NCBI GenBank assembly: GCA_036336835.1
Contig: JAYZFK010000045.1
Coordinates: forward strand, 1-39,803
Direction: 5' to 3'
Length of the DNA: 39,803 nt
Source: Myxococcota bacterium
Lineage (GTDB): Bacteria; Myxococcota_A; UBA9160; UBA4427
In this document: positions 26,171-34,578 of the stretch, piece after piece
Position numbering within the stretch: the first letter of the stretch is position 1
Layout: the number at the start of each line of letters is the position of its first letter
Notes under the pieces: model-generated
What the model was told of the DNA's origin: nothing
Databases searched by the model: none
Seen by the model: the letters and a program-made list of their open reading frames with translations, nothing else
Program-made: the position numbers and the translations under genes

Positions 26171-26898
26171 GCCGAAGCCTCTGTAGCTGCGGGGTGGCCC
26201 CGGAACAACGCCAGCGGATCGTCGCCGTCGAGCACGGCCGCGGTCTCGCCGCAGGCGACCAGACGTCCCTCTGATAGCACGGCCAGGCGCTGGGTCAGCT
26301 GGCGCGCCTCGGCGAGGTCGTGCGTGCAGAGGATCACCGTGCAGGAGCCGTGCAGAGCGGCCAGCGTGCCGCGCACCTCGGCCTGCTGCAGCGGGTCGAG
26401 GCCGCTGGTCGGCTCGTCGACGATCAGCAGCCGAGGGTCGTGGACGAAGGCCCGCGCGAGCGACACGCGCTGCTGCAGGCCCTTCGACAGGTGGCCGATC
26501 GGTCGGCGCAGCACGTCGCCGAGCTCGAAGCGCTCGCTTGCCGCTCCGACGGCCTGCTCGAGCTCGTCGCCGCGCAGCCGCCGGATGCCCCCGCAGAAGC
26601 GCAGGAAGTGGCCGACGCCGAGCTCGGGATACAGCTGTGCGTTCTCGGGAACGAAGCCGATCTGCGCCTGCACCCGCTCGGGATGCTCCGTCGGCGAGAG
26701 CCCGTCCACGCGCACGCTCCCGGCACTCGGCAGCAGGGTGCCGGTGACGAGGCGGATCAAGGTGGTCTTGCCGGCCCCGTTGGCCCCGAGCAGGCCGAAG
26801 GATTCGCCGGGCTCGACGTCGAGCGTGACGGAGTCGAGGGCCGCGCGCGCGCCGAACCGGCGAGACAGGGACCGCGTTTCGACGCCAACACCGCGCAC
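26167..26898 (-). CDS. ABC transporter ATP-binding protein, GldA-like
   Basis: Walker A 'GANGAGKT', signature 'LSKGLQQR', Walker B 'LLIVDEPTSGLDP', H-loop 'CTHDL'. Start estimated at GTG 26898. Confidence 0.9.
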   Translation of the reverse strand: MRGVGVETRSLSRRFGARAALDSVTLDVEPGESFGLLGANGAGKTTLIRLVTGTLLPSAGSVRVDGLSPTEHPERVQAQIGFVPENAQLYPELGVGHFLRFCGGIRRLRGDELEQAVGAASERFELGDVLRRPIGHLSKGLQQRVSLARAFVHDPRLLIVDEPTSGLDPLQQAEVRGTLAALHGSCTVILCTHDLAEARQLTQRLAVLSEGRLVACGETAAVLDGDDPLALFRGHPAATEASA

Positions 26899-26903
26899 GC
26901 TGG

Positions 26904-28199
26904 CTACCAGCTCTCGAAGGAGGTGAAGAAGTCGGGCCAGCTCTTGCTGACGCACGCCGGATCGCGGATCACCACTCCTGGAACGCGCAGCCCTGCCAGC
27001 GCAAAGGCCATGGCCATGCGGTGGTCGTCGTAGGTCTCGACCTCGGCACCGTGGAGGGGACCGGGCCGGATCTCGATCCAGTCGTCTCCCGTCTTCACGC
27101 GGCCCCCCAGCCTGGCGAGCTCGGTCTCGAGCGCGTGCAGTCGATCGCTCTCCTTGATGCGCAGGTGGCCGACGTTCTCGATCCGCGTCGGCCCGTTGGC
27201 GAACAGTGCCACGACCGCGTAGCCGACCACCGCATCCGGCAGCGCATTCATGTCGACACTGGACAGGCTCACGAGCCCGGCTTCGGGCGCGCGGATCTCG
27301 ACGAACGCATCGCCACGGATGACCTGACAGCCCATGCGCTCGAGCAACTCGAGCAGCGCCAGGTCCGACTGCTTCGAATCGGGCGGGATGCCGACGACGC
27401 GTGCGCGGCCACCGCGAATGGCCGCGGCGCACAGGGGGTAGATGGCCGACGAAGCGTCGGGCTCGATCGGGTAGTGGCGCGCGTGGTAGGGGCGACCCGA
27501 GCGCACGGACACCCCAGTGGCGTCGTCGAGCCAGCGCGCCTCAGCCCCGAAGTCGGTCATCACCTGGAGCGTGACATCGACGTAGGGCCGCGACGCGATG
27601 GAGCCGTCGCGGCAGCGAACTTCGACGTCGCTCGCGGCGTAGGGCGCCGCGAGCAGGATCGCGGAGACGTACTGACTCGAACGGCTGGCGTCGATCTCGA
27701 CCGTCCCGCCCGGCAGCCCGCCGCCCGTCGTGCGCAGCGGGGGGCAGCCGGTCGCCTGCAGCAGCTCGAGTTCGGCACCGAGCCCGGCAAGCGCGTTCAC
27801 CAGGTCGCCGATCGGGCGCTCGCGCATGCGCTGATCGCCGTCGAGCACGGCAGGCCCCTCGGCCAGCGTGCAGGCGGCGGTCAGAAAACGCATGGCCGTC
27901 CCGGCGTTGCCGAGCGAGAGATGCTCCACCGGCGCGAGCAGCCGGCCGCCGCGCCCGAGCACCGTCAAGTCTCCGCCGTCCGCGCGAATCTCGATGCCCA
28001 GCTGGGCGAGCGCCTCGCGCATCACCCGTGTGTCGTCGCTGTCGAGTGGGCTCTCGAGTCGGCTCTCGCCCGCCGCCAAGGCGGCAGCCAGCAAAGCGCG
28101 ATTGGTGATGCTCTTCGAGCCGGGGACCACCAGCGTCAGGTCGAGCGTGCCGCGTGGCTCGATCGGCAAAAGACGCGGGCGCTCGGCGGCATTGCTCAT
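26904..28199 (-). CDS. aroA: 3-phosphoshikimate 1-carboxyvinyltransferase (EPSP synthase)
   Basis: 'PGSKSITNRA', 'LGNAGTAMRFL', 'RMRERPI', 'SSQYVSA', 'RIKESDR', 'DDHRMAM', 'KSWP'. Start ATG 28199. Confidence 0.95.
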   Translation of the reverse strand: MSNAAERPRLLPIEPRGTLDLTLVVPGSKSITNRALLAAALAAGESRLESPLDSDDTRVMREALAQLGIEIRADGGDLTVLGRGGRLLAPVEHLSLGNAGTAMRFLTAACTLAEGPAVLDGDQRMRERPIGDLVNALAGLGAELELLQATGCPPLRTTGGGLPGGTVEIDASRSSQYVSAILLAAPYAASDVEVRCRDGSIASRPYVDVTLQVMTDFGAEARWLDDATGVSVRSGRPYHARHYPIEPDASSAIYPLCAAAIRGGRARVVGIPPDSKQSDLALLELLERMGCQVIRGDAFVEIRAPEAGLVSLSSVDMNALPDAVVGYAVVALFANGPTRIENVGHLRIKESDRLHALETELARLGGRVKTGDDWIEIRPGPLHGAEVETYDDHRMAMAFALAGLRVPGVVIRDPACVSKSWPDFFTSFESW

Positions 28200-28286
28200 G
28201 GAATCTCGCTCGTCGCATGCTCGGGTCTGATGGTGCGACACCGGCCGGCGGAAGCTAGCACTCGCGTCGCTGGCCCCCGGGCTCGG

Positions 28287-28315
28287 TTGACACACCTGAG
28301 CGAGTCCGCGAAACT
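28287..28315 (+). promoter_or_regulatory. Candidate sigma70 promoter for serA-purA
   Basis: TTGACA (28287-28292), a 17-bp spacer and GAAACT (28310-28315; weak -10). Confidence 0.4.
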
Positions 28316-28446
28316 TCCGCTTCGCGTCCGAATTCCTTTGCTGGCCCGCAGGGTTAGCAAAGATCCCGTCCCCACTTCGGCGTTGCCCACGGGGTGGTGC
28401 CGGAGTTGTATGTCCGGCCCCACCAGCCCATCCAGGAGGCATCGAC

Positions 28447-30027
28447 GTGGCCAAGGTGCTCGTCACCGATCCGCTCGCCAGCCAGGGGCTTGCCGTGCTC
28501 GAGGCGGCTCCTGGAATCGAGATCGTGGATCTGCCGGATGCATCGCCTGCCCAGCTCCTGGCGGAGATTTGCGACGCTCACGCGCTGGTGATCCGCGGCG
28601 GAACCAAGGTGACGAGCGATGTCCTCGATGCCGCGAGCGAGCTGCGCGTGATCGGCCGGGCGGGCATCGGGGTCGACAACGTCGACGTGGCCGCGGCCAC
28701 CGCCCGGGGCATCGTGGTCGTCAACACGCCCGAGGGCAACAACATCACCACGGCCGAGCATACGATCGCGCTGCTCGTGTCGCTGGCCCGCCACATCCCG
28801 CAGGCCACCGCGTCGATGAAGGAAGGGCGCTGGGAGAAGAAGTCCTTCCAGGGGCTCGAGCTGTACAACCGGACGCTCGGTGTCGCGGGCATTGGCAACA
28901 TCGGCCGCATCGTCTCGCAGCGCGCCAGAGGGCTCGGCATGAAAGTGATCGCCTTCGATCCGCACGTGTCGCGGGAGGCCGCGGCGCGTTTCGACATCGA
29001 GCTGGTCGGCTTCGATGAGCTGATCGCGCGCTCGGATGTGATTACCGTGCACGTGCCCAAGACCGCCGAGACCACCGGGCTGCTCGACCGCGCTGCGTTC
29101 GCGCGCTGCAAGCCCGGGCTGCTCGTGATCAACGCGGCGCGCGGCGGGATCATCGACGAGGTTGCGCTACTCGACGCGCTCGAGGCGGGGCAGGTCGCGG
29201 GCGCTGGGCTCGATGTGTTCGTCGATGAGCCGCCGGCAGCGGATCACCCGCTGGTGGTCCACCCGCGCGTGATCTGCACGCCGCACCTCGGTGCTTCGAC
29301 CGAGCAGGCACAGGTCAACGTGTCGGTCGCCGTAGCCGAGCAGGTGCGCGACTACCTGACCGAGGGCGCGCTTCGCAACGCCGTGAACGTGCCGTCGATC
29401 TCGCCCGAGCTGCTGTCCGAGGTTCGCCCCTATCTCGTGTTGGCGGAGAAGATAGGACGCTTCCAGGGCCAGCTTTCTGCGGGACCGATCGAGCAGATCG
29501 ACGTCGAGTACGCCGGTGACGTCGCCGACCTCGACGTTGCACCGATCACGATCGCAGCGCTGAAGGGCGTGCTCGAGAGCGCAACCGATCGCGTCAATAT
29601 GGTCAACGCACCCGTGATCGCGCAGGACCGTGGCATCAAGGTGGTCGAGTCGAAGGCGAGTCGTCCGCTCGACTTCGCCAGCGCCATCACCGTGCGCGTG
29701 GTCGGCTCCGTCGATCGGCTGATCGCCGGAGCGGTCTTCCACGGGGGCCAGCCGCGGATCGTGCGGATCGACGACTTCATGATGGAGGCGATCCCCGACG
29801 GCCCGACGCTGCTGCTACTGAACCAGGACCAGCCCGGGGTGGTGGGGACCGTGGGGACGATCCTGGGCGAGGAGGGCATCAATATCTCGCGCATGCAGCT
29901 CGCCCTGGTGCGCGAGCGCAACGAGGCTGCGATGCTGGTCAACGTGGATCAGAGTCCGCAAGAGGCCGTGCTCGAACGCCTGCGCGCCATTCCCTTCATG
30001 ATCTCGGCGCAGCTCGTGGAGCTGTAG
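28447..30027 (+). CDS. serA: D-3-phosphoglycerate dehydrogenase (type I, ASB and ACT domains)
   Basis: 'IGRAGIGVDNVD', 'NTPEGNNITTAEH', 'GIGNIG', 'INAARGG', 'TPHLGASTEQAQ', ACT 'NQDQPGVVG...INISRMQL'; AGGAGG upstream of GTG. Confidence 0.95.
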   Translation: MAKVLVTDPLASQGLAVLEAAPGIEIVDLPDASPAQLLAEICDAHALVIRGGTKVTSDVLDAASELRVIGRAGIGVDNVDVAAATARGIVVVNTPEGNNITTAEHTIALLVSLARHIPQATASMKEGRWEKKSFQGLELYNRTLGVAGIGNIGRIVSQRARGLGMKVIAFDPHVSREAAARFDIELVGFDELIARSDVITVHVPKTAETTGLLDRAAFARCKPGLLVINAARGGIIDEVALLDALEAGQVAGAGLDVFVDEPPAADHPLVVHPRVICTPHLGASTEQAQVNVSVAVAEQVRDYLTEGALRNAVNVPSISPELLSEVRPYLVLAEKIGRFQGQLSAGPIEQIDVEYAGDVADLDVAPITIAALKGVLESATDRVNMVNAPVIAQDRGIKVVESKASRPLDFASAITVRVVGSVDRLIAGAVFHGGQPRIVRIDDFMMEAIPDGPTLLLLNQDQPGVVGTVGTILGEEGINISRMQLALVRERNEAAMLVNVDQSPQEAVLERLRAIPFMISAQLVEL

Positions 30028-30029
30028 CG

Positions 30030-31322
30030 GTGGCGACGGTCGTCGGAGTCGGCGCTCAGTGGGGCGACGAGGGCAAGGGCAAGATCATCGACTGGTTGGC
30101 GCCGCGCGCCGATCTCGTCGCCCGCTTCCAGGGCGGTAACAACGCCGGTCACACCCTCGTCGTCGACGGCGAGGAGACGATCCTGCACGTCGTGCCATCG
30201 GGCATCCTGCATGCCGGCAAGGTAAACCTGATCGGACCGGGTGTCGTGGTGGATCCGGGGGTGCTGCTCGAGGAGATCCGGCAGCTCACCGAGCGCGGCA
30301 TCCTGCGCGATCCGGCGCGGCTGAGGCTCTCCGGGCGGGCGCACGTCATCCTCGAGTGGCACACGGCTCTCGATAAGGTGCGCGAGGAGAGGGCGCGCGA
30401 GAAGGCGATCGGCACGACGGGCCGAGGCATTGGCCCGACCTACGAGGACAAGGTGGCGCGCCGCGGTGTGCGCGTGGCCGACCTGCTCCAACCGGCTTCG
30501 CTGCGCGCCAAGCTCGAGGATCTGGCCGAGGCGAAGAACGCCGAGCTCGCGCGCTATGACTGGCCGAAGATCGATCTCGGCGCGTTGTTCGAGCGAGTTG
30601 CCGAGTTCGGCCGCCAGCTCGAGCCCTACGTCGACCACACCGGCCGGATCCTCGACCGGGCGCTGCGCGACGGGAAGAGCGTGCTGTTCGAGGGTGCCCA
30701 GGGCACCTTCCTGGACATCGATCACGGCACCTATCCCTACGTCACGTCGTCCAATTGTGTGGCGGGCGCGGTGTGTACCGGCTCGGGTGTGGGGCCGACG
30801 CGCATCGATCGCGTACTGGGCATCACCAAGGCGTACACCACGCGAGTTGGGGGCGGTCCCTTCCCGACGGAGCTCGGCGGCGCTGTCGGCGAGCGGCTGC
30901 GCAAGGCGGGTGCGGAATTTGGGGCCACCACCGGCCGGCCGCGCCGCTGCGGCTGGCTCGATGCCGTGATGCTGCGCGAGGCCGTGACCGTCAACGGGAT
31001 TACCGATCTGGCGATGAACAAGCTCGATATCCTGAGCGGCTTCGGCGAGATCCAGGTCGCCGTCGCCTATCGCATCGACGGCAAGGTCACGCACGATTTC
31101 CCGATGACGCTCGAGGAGCTGGCGCGGGCCGTGCCGGTGTACGAGCGCTACGCGGGCTGGAGCGAGGACGTGACCGGTGCGCGGAGCTTCGAGCAGCTGC
31201 CCGACGCGGCGCGCCGTTACGTCGACGGGGTCCAGCAGATGATCGACGTACCGGTGGCCTTCCTGTCCGTTGGCCCAGGGCGAGACGAGACGATCGCGCT
31301 CTCGGATCCCTTCACGGCCTGA
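30030..31322 (+). CDS. purA: Adenylosuccinate synthetase
   Basis: 'GAQWGDEGKGK', 'RFQGGNNAGHT', 'IGTTGRGIGPTY', 'FEGAQG', 'GTYPYVTSS', 'EFGATTGRPRRCGW'. Confidence 0.97.
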   Translation: MATVVGVGAQWGDEGKGKIIDWLAPRADLVARFQGGNNAGHTLVVDGEETILHVVPSGILHAGKVNLIGPGVVVDPGVLLEEIRQLTERGILRDPARLRLSGRAHVILEWHTALDKVREERAREKAIGTTGRGIGPTYEDKVARRGVRVADLLQPASLRAKLEDLAEAKNAELARYDWPKIDLGALFERVAEFGRQLEPYVDHTGRILDRALRDGKSVLFEGAQGTFLDIDHGTYPYVTSSNCVAGAVCTGSGVGPTRIDRVLGITKAYTTRVGGGPFPTELGGAVGERLRKAGAEFGATTGRPRRCGWLDAVMLREAVTVNGITDLAMNKLDILSGFGEIQVAVAYRIDGKVTHDFPMTLEELARAVPVYERYAGWSEDVTGARSFEQLPDAARRYVDGVQQMIDVPVAFLSVGPGRDETIALSDPFTA

Positions 31323-31391
31323 ATCGAATCTGCCGGCTGGGGTCAAGCCCGGCCCGCCGCGGGTCGATTCTGGGTGGGGCCGGAGGTGACG

Positions 31392-32081
31392 GTGGCGACG
31401 AGCTTGCGAGTGATGTCTGCGAATCTGTGCTGGGGTCGGGCGGACCCGGAGCGCCTGCTCGCCCTGGTCCGGCGCCTCGGCGTGGACGTGGTGGGGTTGC
31501 AGGAGCTCAGCCGCGACCAGGCCGAGGCGGTCTCGCAGGAGCTTCCCTACGGAGTGCTGTCGCCATCGAGTGACGCGACCGGAACCGGGGTCGCGCTGCG
31601 CCGCCCGGCCAAGATCGATGTCATCCCGATGGCCTTCCGACCGCTGCACACGGCCCTGCTCGACCCCGTCGACTGGCCGGAGCTCGGAGAGGAGATCGAG
31701 TTCGCTTCGACCCACCTTGCCGCGCCGCACGTGAAGCCGCTCGGCTCGGGCTTCTCGAAGCGCCGTCGTCAGATTCGCCAGATCGAGCGCTACCTGGGCT
31801 CGACGTCCCGGGATCGTCTGGTGCTCGTCGGGGACTTCAACGCGACCCCCAGCTGGCCCGCGTACCAGCGGATCGCGTCCCAGCTGACCGATGCGGCCGT
31901 TGATGTGGCCGCGATGCGCGGCCGCGCGCTGCGAAGGACCTGGGGGCCCTGGCCGGGCTCGCCGCGTTGCCTGCGCATCGATCACGCCTTCGTGCGCAGC
32001 CTGCGCGCCGTGGACTTCCAGGTGGTCGACATTGCCGGGTCGGATCACGCTGCCATCGTGATCGATCTCAGCTCCGACTGA
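31392..32081 (+). CDS. Endonuclease/exonuclease/phosphatase (EEP) family protein
   Basis: 'LRVMSANL', 'DVVGLQE', 'STHL', 'LVGDFNA', 'RIDHAF', 'GSDH'. GGAGG precedes GTG 31392. Confidence 0.85.
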   Translation: MATSLRVMSANLCWGRADPERLLALVRRLGVDVVGLQELSRDQAEAVSQELPYGVLSPSSDATGTGVALRRPAKIDVIPMAFRPLHTALLDPVDWPELGEEIEFASTHLAAPHVKPLGSGFSKRRRQIRQIERYLGSTSRDRLVLVGDFNATPSWPAYQRIASQLTDAAVDVAAMRGRALRRTWGPWPGSPRCLRIDHAFVRSLRAVDFQVVDIAGSDHAAIVIDLSSD

Positions 32082-32307
32082 CTGACGAGAGCGATTCCGA
32101 CCTCGCCGCGGGGGTCGGGGAACTGCCGCGCCTGAGCAAGAACACGAAGAAAGGACGAAAGTCGGCCTGCCATCGCCCGGCGTTCGACTTTCGATAGACT
32201 CCGGCGCCGCTTCGCGGAATTGCGGGAACCCGCAGGCCGTGCGAGCTGGATTCGTTCGGCGTGGGTTTGCCGGCCGCGTGACCTCGGAGCGAGATTCCCG
32301 GAAGACC

Positions 32308-34578
32308 ATGGTCGATCGTTCGAACCGCCTCTCCCCCGGGCACCTGCTGCGGGTCTTGTCGATGATCGCGCTGTCTGCGGTGCTGGCCCTGCTTGCCCAC
32401 TCGCCGCGCGCCGATGCGCGGCTCCGAGGGCCGAGCCCCCAGGTCGCGACACCGGGCGACGTGCCGCGACTCGACATCGAGCTGTCCGGCAAGGACTTCG
32501 AGAAGCTCAGCGCCGAGCTGGCGCGGCGCGGCGCGCTTGGAGGAGTACGCGGCAAGGAGGACCGGAGCCAGCGTGTCAAGGCACGTGGCACTGCCCGGGG
32601 CGATGGCCCGCGCGTTGCGGTGCGCGTCGAGCTGCTCGAGGAGTGGAGTGAGCGGCTGGAAGGCGGGCGCTGGCCCTTGTTCGTCAACGTGCGCGGCGAC
32701 GGCAGGCTCTACGGCATCGACCGCTTCTCGCTGCGCGCGCCGGCGATCCGCGGCTATCAGGCCGAGCTGCTCATGCTCGAGCACATGCGGCGCGAGGGCA
32801 TCGTGGCACCGCGAGTCTTCTTCGTGCGCGCATCGCTCAACGGAGAGGATCTCGGGCTGATGAAGCTCGACGAGGAGCTGGGCAAGGACATGGTCGAGGC
32901 CCAGGAACGGCGCGACGGTGCGATCCTGCGCTTCGAGGACGGTGGTGACGAGGCCGCGGGCTCACCCGGGCTGTCGCGTGCCCCAGACGATTTCCTGGCG
33001 CGGCCGCTGGTCTTCGAGCGGCCGAGCCGGGCCAAGAAGTCACCCGCCCAGGCGGCCGATCGACGTCTTGCCGTGGATCTGCTCGCCGGCTTTCTGGCGG
33101 GCTCGGTTGACGCGCGCGAGGTGTTCGACGTCGATCTGATGGCCCGTTTCCTGGCGGTTTGCGAGCTGTGGCGCGCGGTCGACAGCGTGCGCTGGCCCAA
33201 TCTCCGCTTCTACTTCAATCCCGTGACCAAGCGGCTCGAGCCGATTGCCCACGCGGCGAGTCCACCTGCGCTGTTCCTCGAAGAGGGGTTGGTGGCCACT
33301 TCGGAACCCTGGCCGGCAGCGCTGCTGGCCGACTCGGAGCTGCGCGCGGCCTTCGAGCGCCACCTGCACCGAGTGGCTGCCGAGGCGCTCGACGGCCAGA
33401 CGGAGGCCTGGTTGCGCGAGGAGGAGGCGCCACTGCAGCGCATGCTGCGGGGCGAGCACCGTACGCACGCCGCGCTCGGCTTCGAGCCGATCGCCGCGCG
33501 GGCGCGCCGGCTGGCGCGCTCCAAACTGGGCCCCGCACCGCACACGGGCGCGGACGACGGTGTCGTGCTCGAGCCCGTGGGACGTCCGCCGGTGCGCAAT
33601 CCAGTGCCCGCAAGCACGCGAGAGCAGACGCTCGAGCGCCATCCGTTCCTCGTCTGGAACGAATCGTTCGACGGGTTCGAGGTGCCGCCCGGTATCCACG
33701 AGGTGGGTGGGTCGCTGGTGCTGCCCGACGGCGCGGGCCTGCGCGCGGGCCCCGCGACGACGCTGCGTTTCGGCCGCGGCGAGATCCTGCTCGCGCGCGG
33801 CCGCCTGGTGCTGATCGGAACGGCCGACAAGCCGGTCGTTCTCGAGGGCCGGATTCATCCCGACGGTACCCGCGATCCCTGGCAGGGGATCGTGGTCCTG
33901 TACTCGGAGCGGCCGCACATGCTGGATCACGTCGAGGTGCGCTCGACGAGCGGAGTCGATCGCGACGGCTGGCAGCTGACAGGCGGCTTTACGATCCGCT
34001 CATCGACGCTCGACATGCGCAACATGCGTATCGTCGGTAGTCGCGCCGAGGATGCGCTCAACCTGATCCGAACCCGTTTCATGTTGCGCCACGTGGACAT
34101 CGTCGATGCGCGCTCGGACGGCATCGACCTCGACTTCTCGTCGGGATCGCTCGAGGGCGGTCGTTTCGGCGGGATCGGTGGCGACGCCATCGACATGAGC
34201 GGTGCGGAGGTGACGATCGACGGCGTCGTGATCGAGAACGTCCGCGACAAGGCCGTCTCGGTCGGCGAACGGAGCCGTCTGGTCCTGCGCAACATGACGA
34301 TCGACTCGGTGGGCACGGGCGTCGCGAGCAAGGACGGTTCCGTCGCGCTCGTCGAGGACTCGACGCTGCGCCGGGTGACCCATGCGGCGCTGATGGCCTA
34401 CTCCAAGAAGCCCGGCTACGGCCCGGCAGAGCTCGAAGCGCGGCGCGTCGAGCTCGACCGGATCGGACGCCCGGCACTCGCGCAGCTCGGCTCGCGCGTC
34501 GTGATCGATGGTGCCGCACAGGCGGCCGAGGCGGTGGACGTCGACGCGCTCTACAAGAGTGGGTACATGGAGAAGTGA
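32308..34578 (+). CDS. Exported CotH kinase-like domain protein with C-terminal right-handed parallel beta-helix
   Basis: Signal/TM 'LLRVLSMIALSAVLALLAHSPRADA'; CotH-like 'GIVAPRVFFVRASLNGEDLGLMKLDE' and 'FDVDLMARFLAVCEL...NLRFYFNPVTKRLEPI'; beta-helix repeats 'EDALNLI', 'SDGIDLDFS', 'GDAIDMSG', 'DKAVSVGE'. Start ATG 32308. Confidence 0.7.
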   Translation: MVDRSNRLSPGHLLRVLSMIALSAVLALLAHSPRADARLRGPSPQVATPGDVPRLDIELSGKDFEKLSAELARRGALGGVRGKEDRSQRVKARGTARGDGPRVAVRVELLEEWSERLEGGRWPLFVNVRGDGRLYGIDRFSLRAPAIRGYQAELLMLEHMRREGIVAPRVFFVRASLNGEDLGLMKLDEELGKDMVEAQERRDGAILRFEDGGDEAAGSPGLSRAPDDFLARPLVFERPSRAKKSPAQAADRRLAVDLLAGFLAGSVDAREVFDVDLMARFLAVCELWRAVDSVRWPNLRFYFNPVTKRLEPIAHAASPPALFLEEGLVATSEPWPAALLADSELRAAFERHLHRVAAEALDGQTEAWLREEEAPLQRMLRGEHRTHAALGFEPIAARARRLARSKLGPAPHTGADDGVVLEPVGRPPVRNPVPASTREQTLERHPFLVWNESFDGFEVPPGIHEVGGSLVLPDGAGLRAGPATTLRFGRGEILLARGRLVLIGTADKPVVLEGRIHPDGTRDPWQGIVVLYSERPHMLDHVEVRSTSGVDRDGWQLTGGFTIRSSTLDMRNMRIVGSRAEDALNLIRTRFMLRHVDIVDARSDGIDLDFSSGSLEGGRFGGIGGDAIDMSGAEVTIDGVVIENVRDKAVSVGERSRLVLRNMTIDSVGTGVASKDGSVALVEDSTLRRVTHAALMAYSKKPGYGPAELEARRVELDRIGRPALAQLGSRVVIDGAAQAAEAVDVDALYKSGYMEK

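Noticed and set aside
21256..26898. Calling the locus a gliding motility (agl/glt or gld) system
   Set aside because: Only generic family resemblance. No other Glt or Gld/T9SS components are recognisable here, so no motility gene symbols were assigned.
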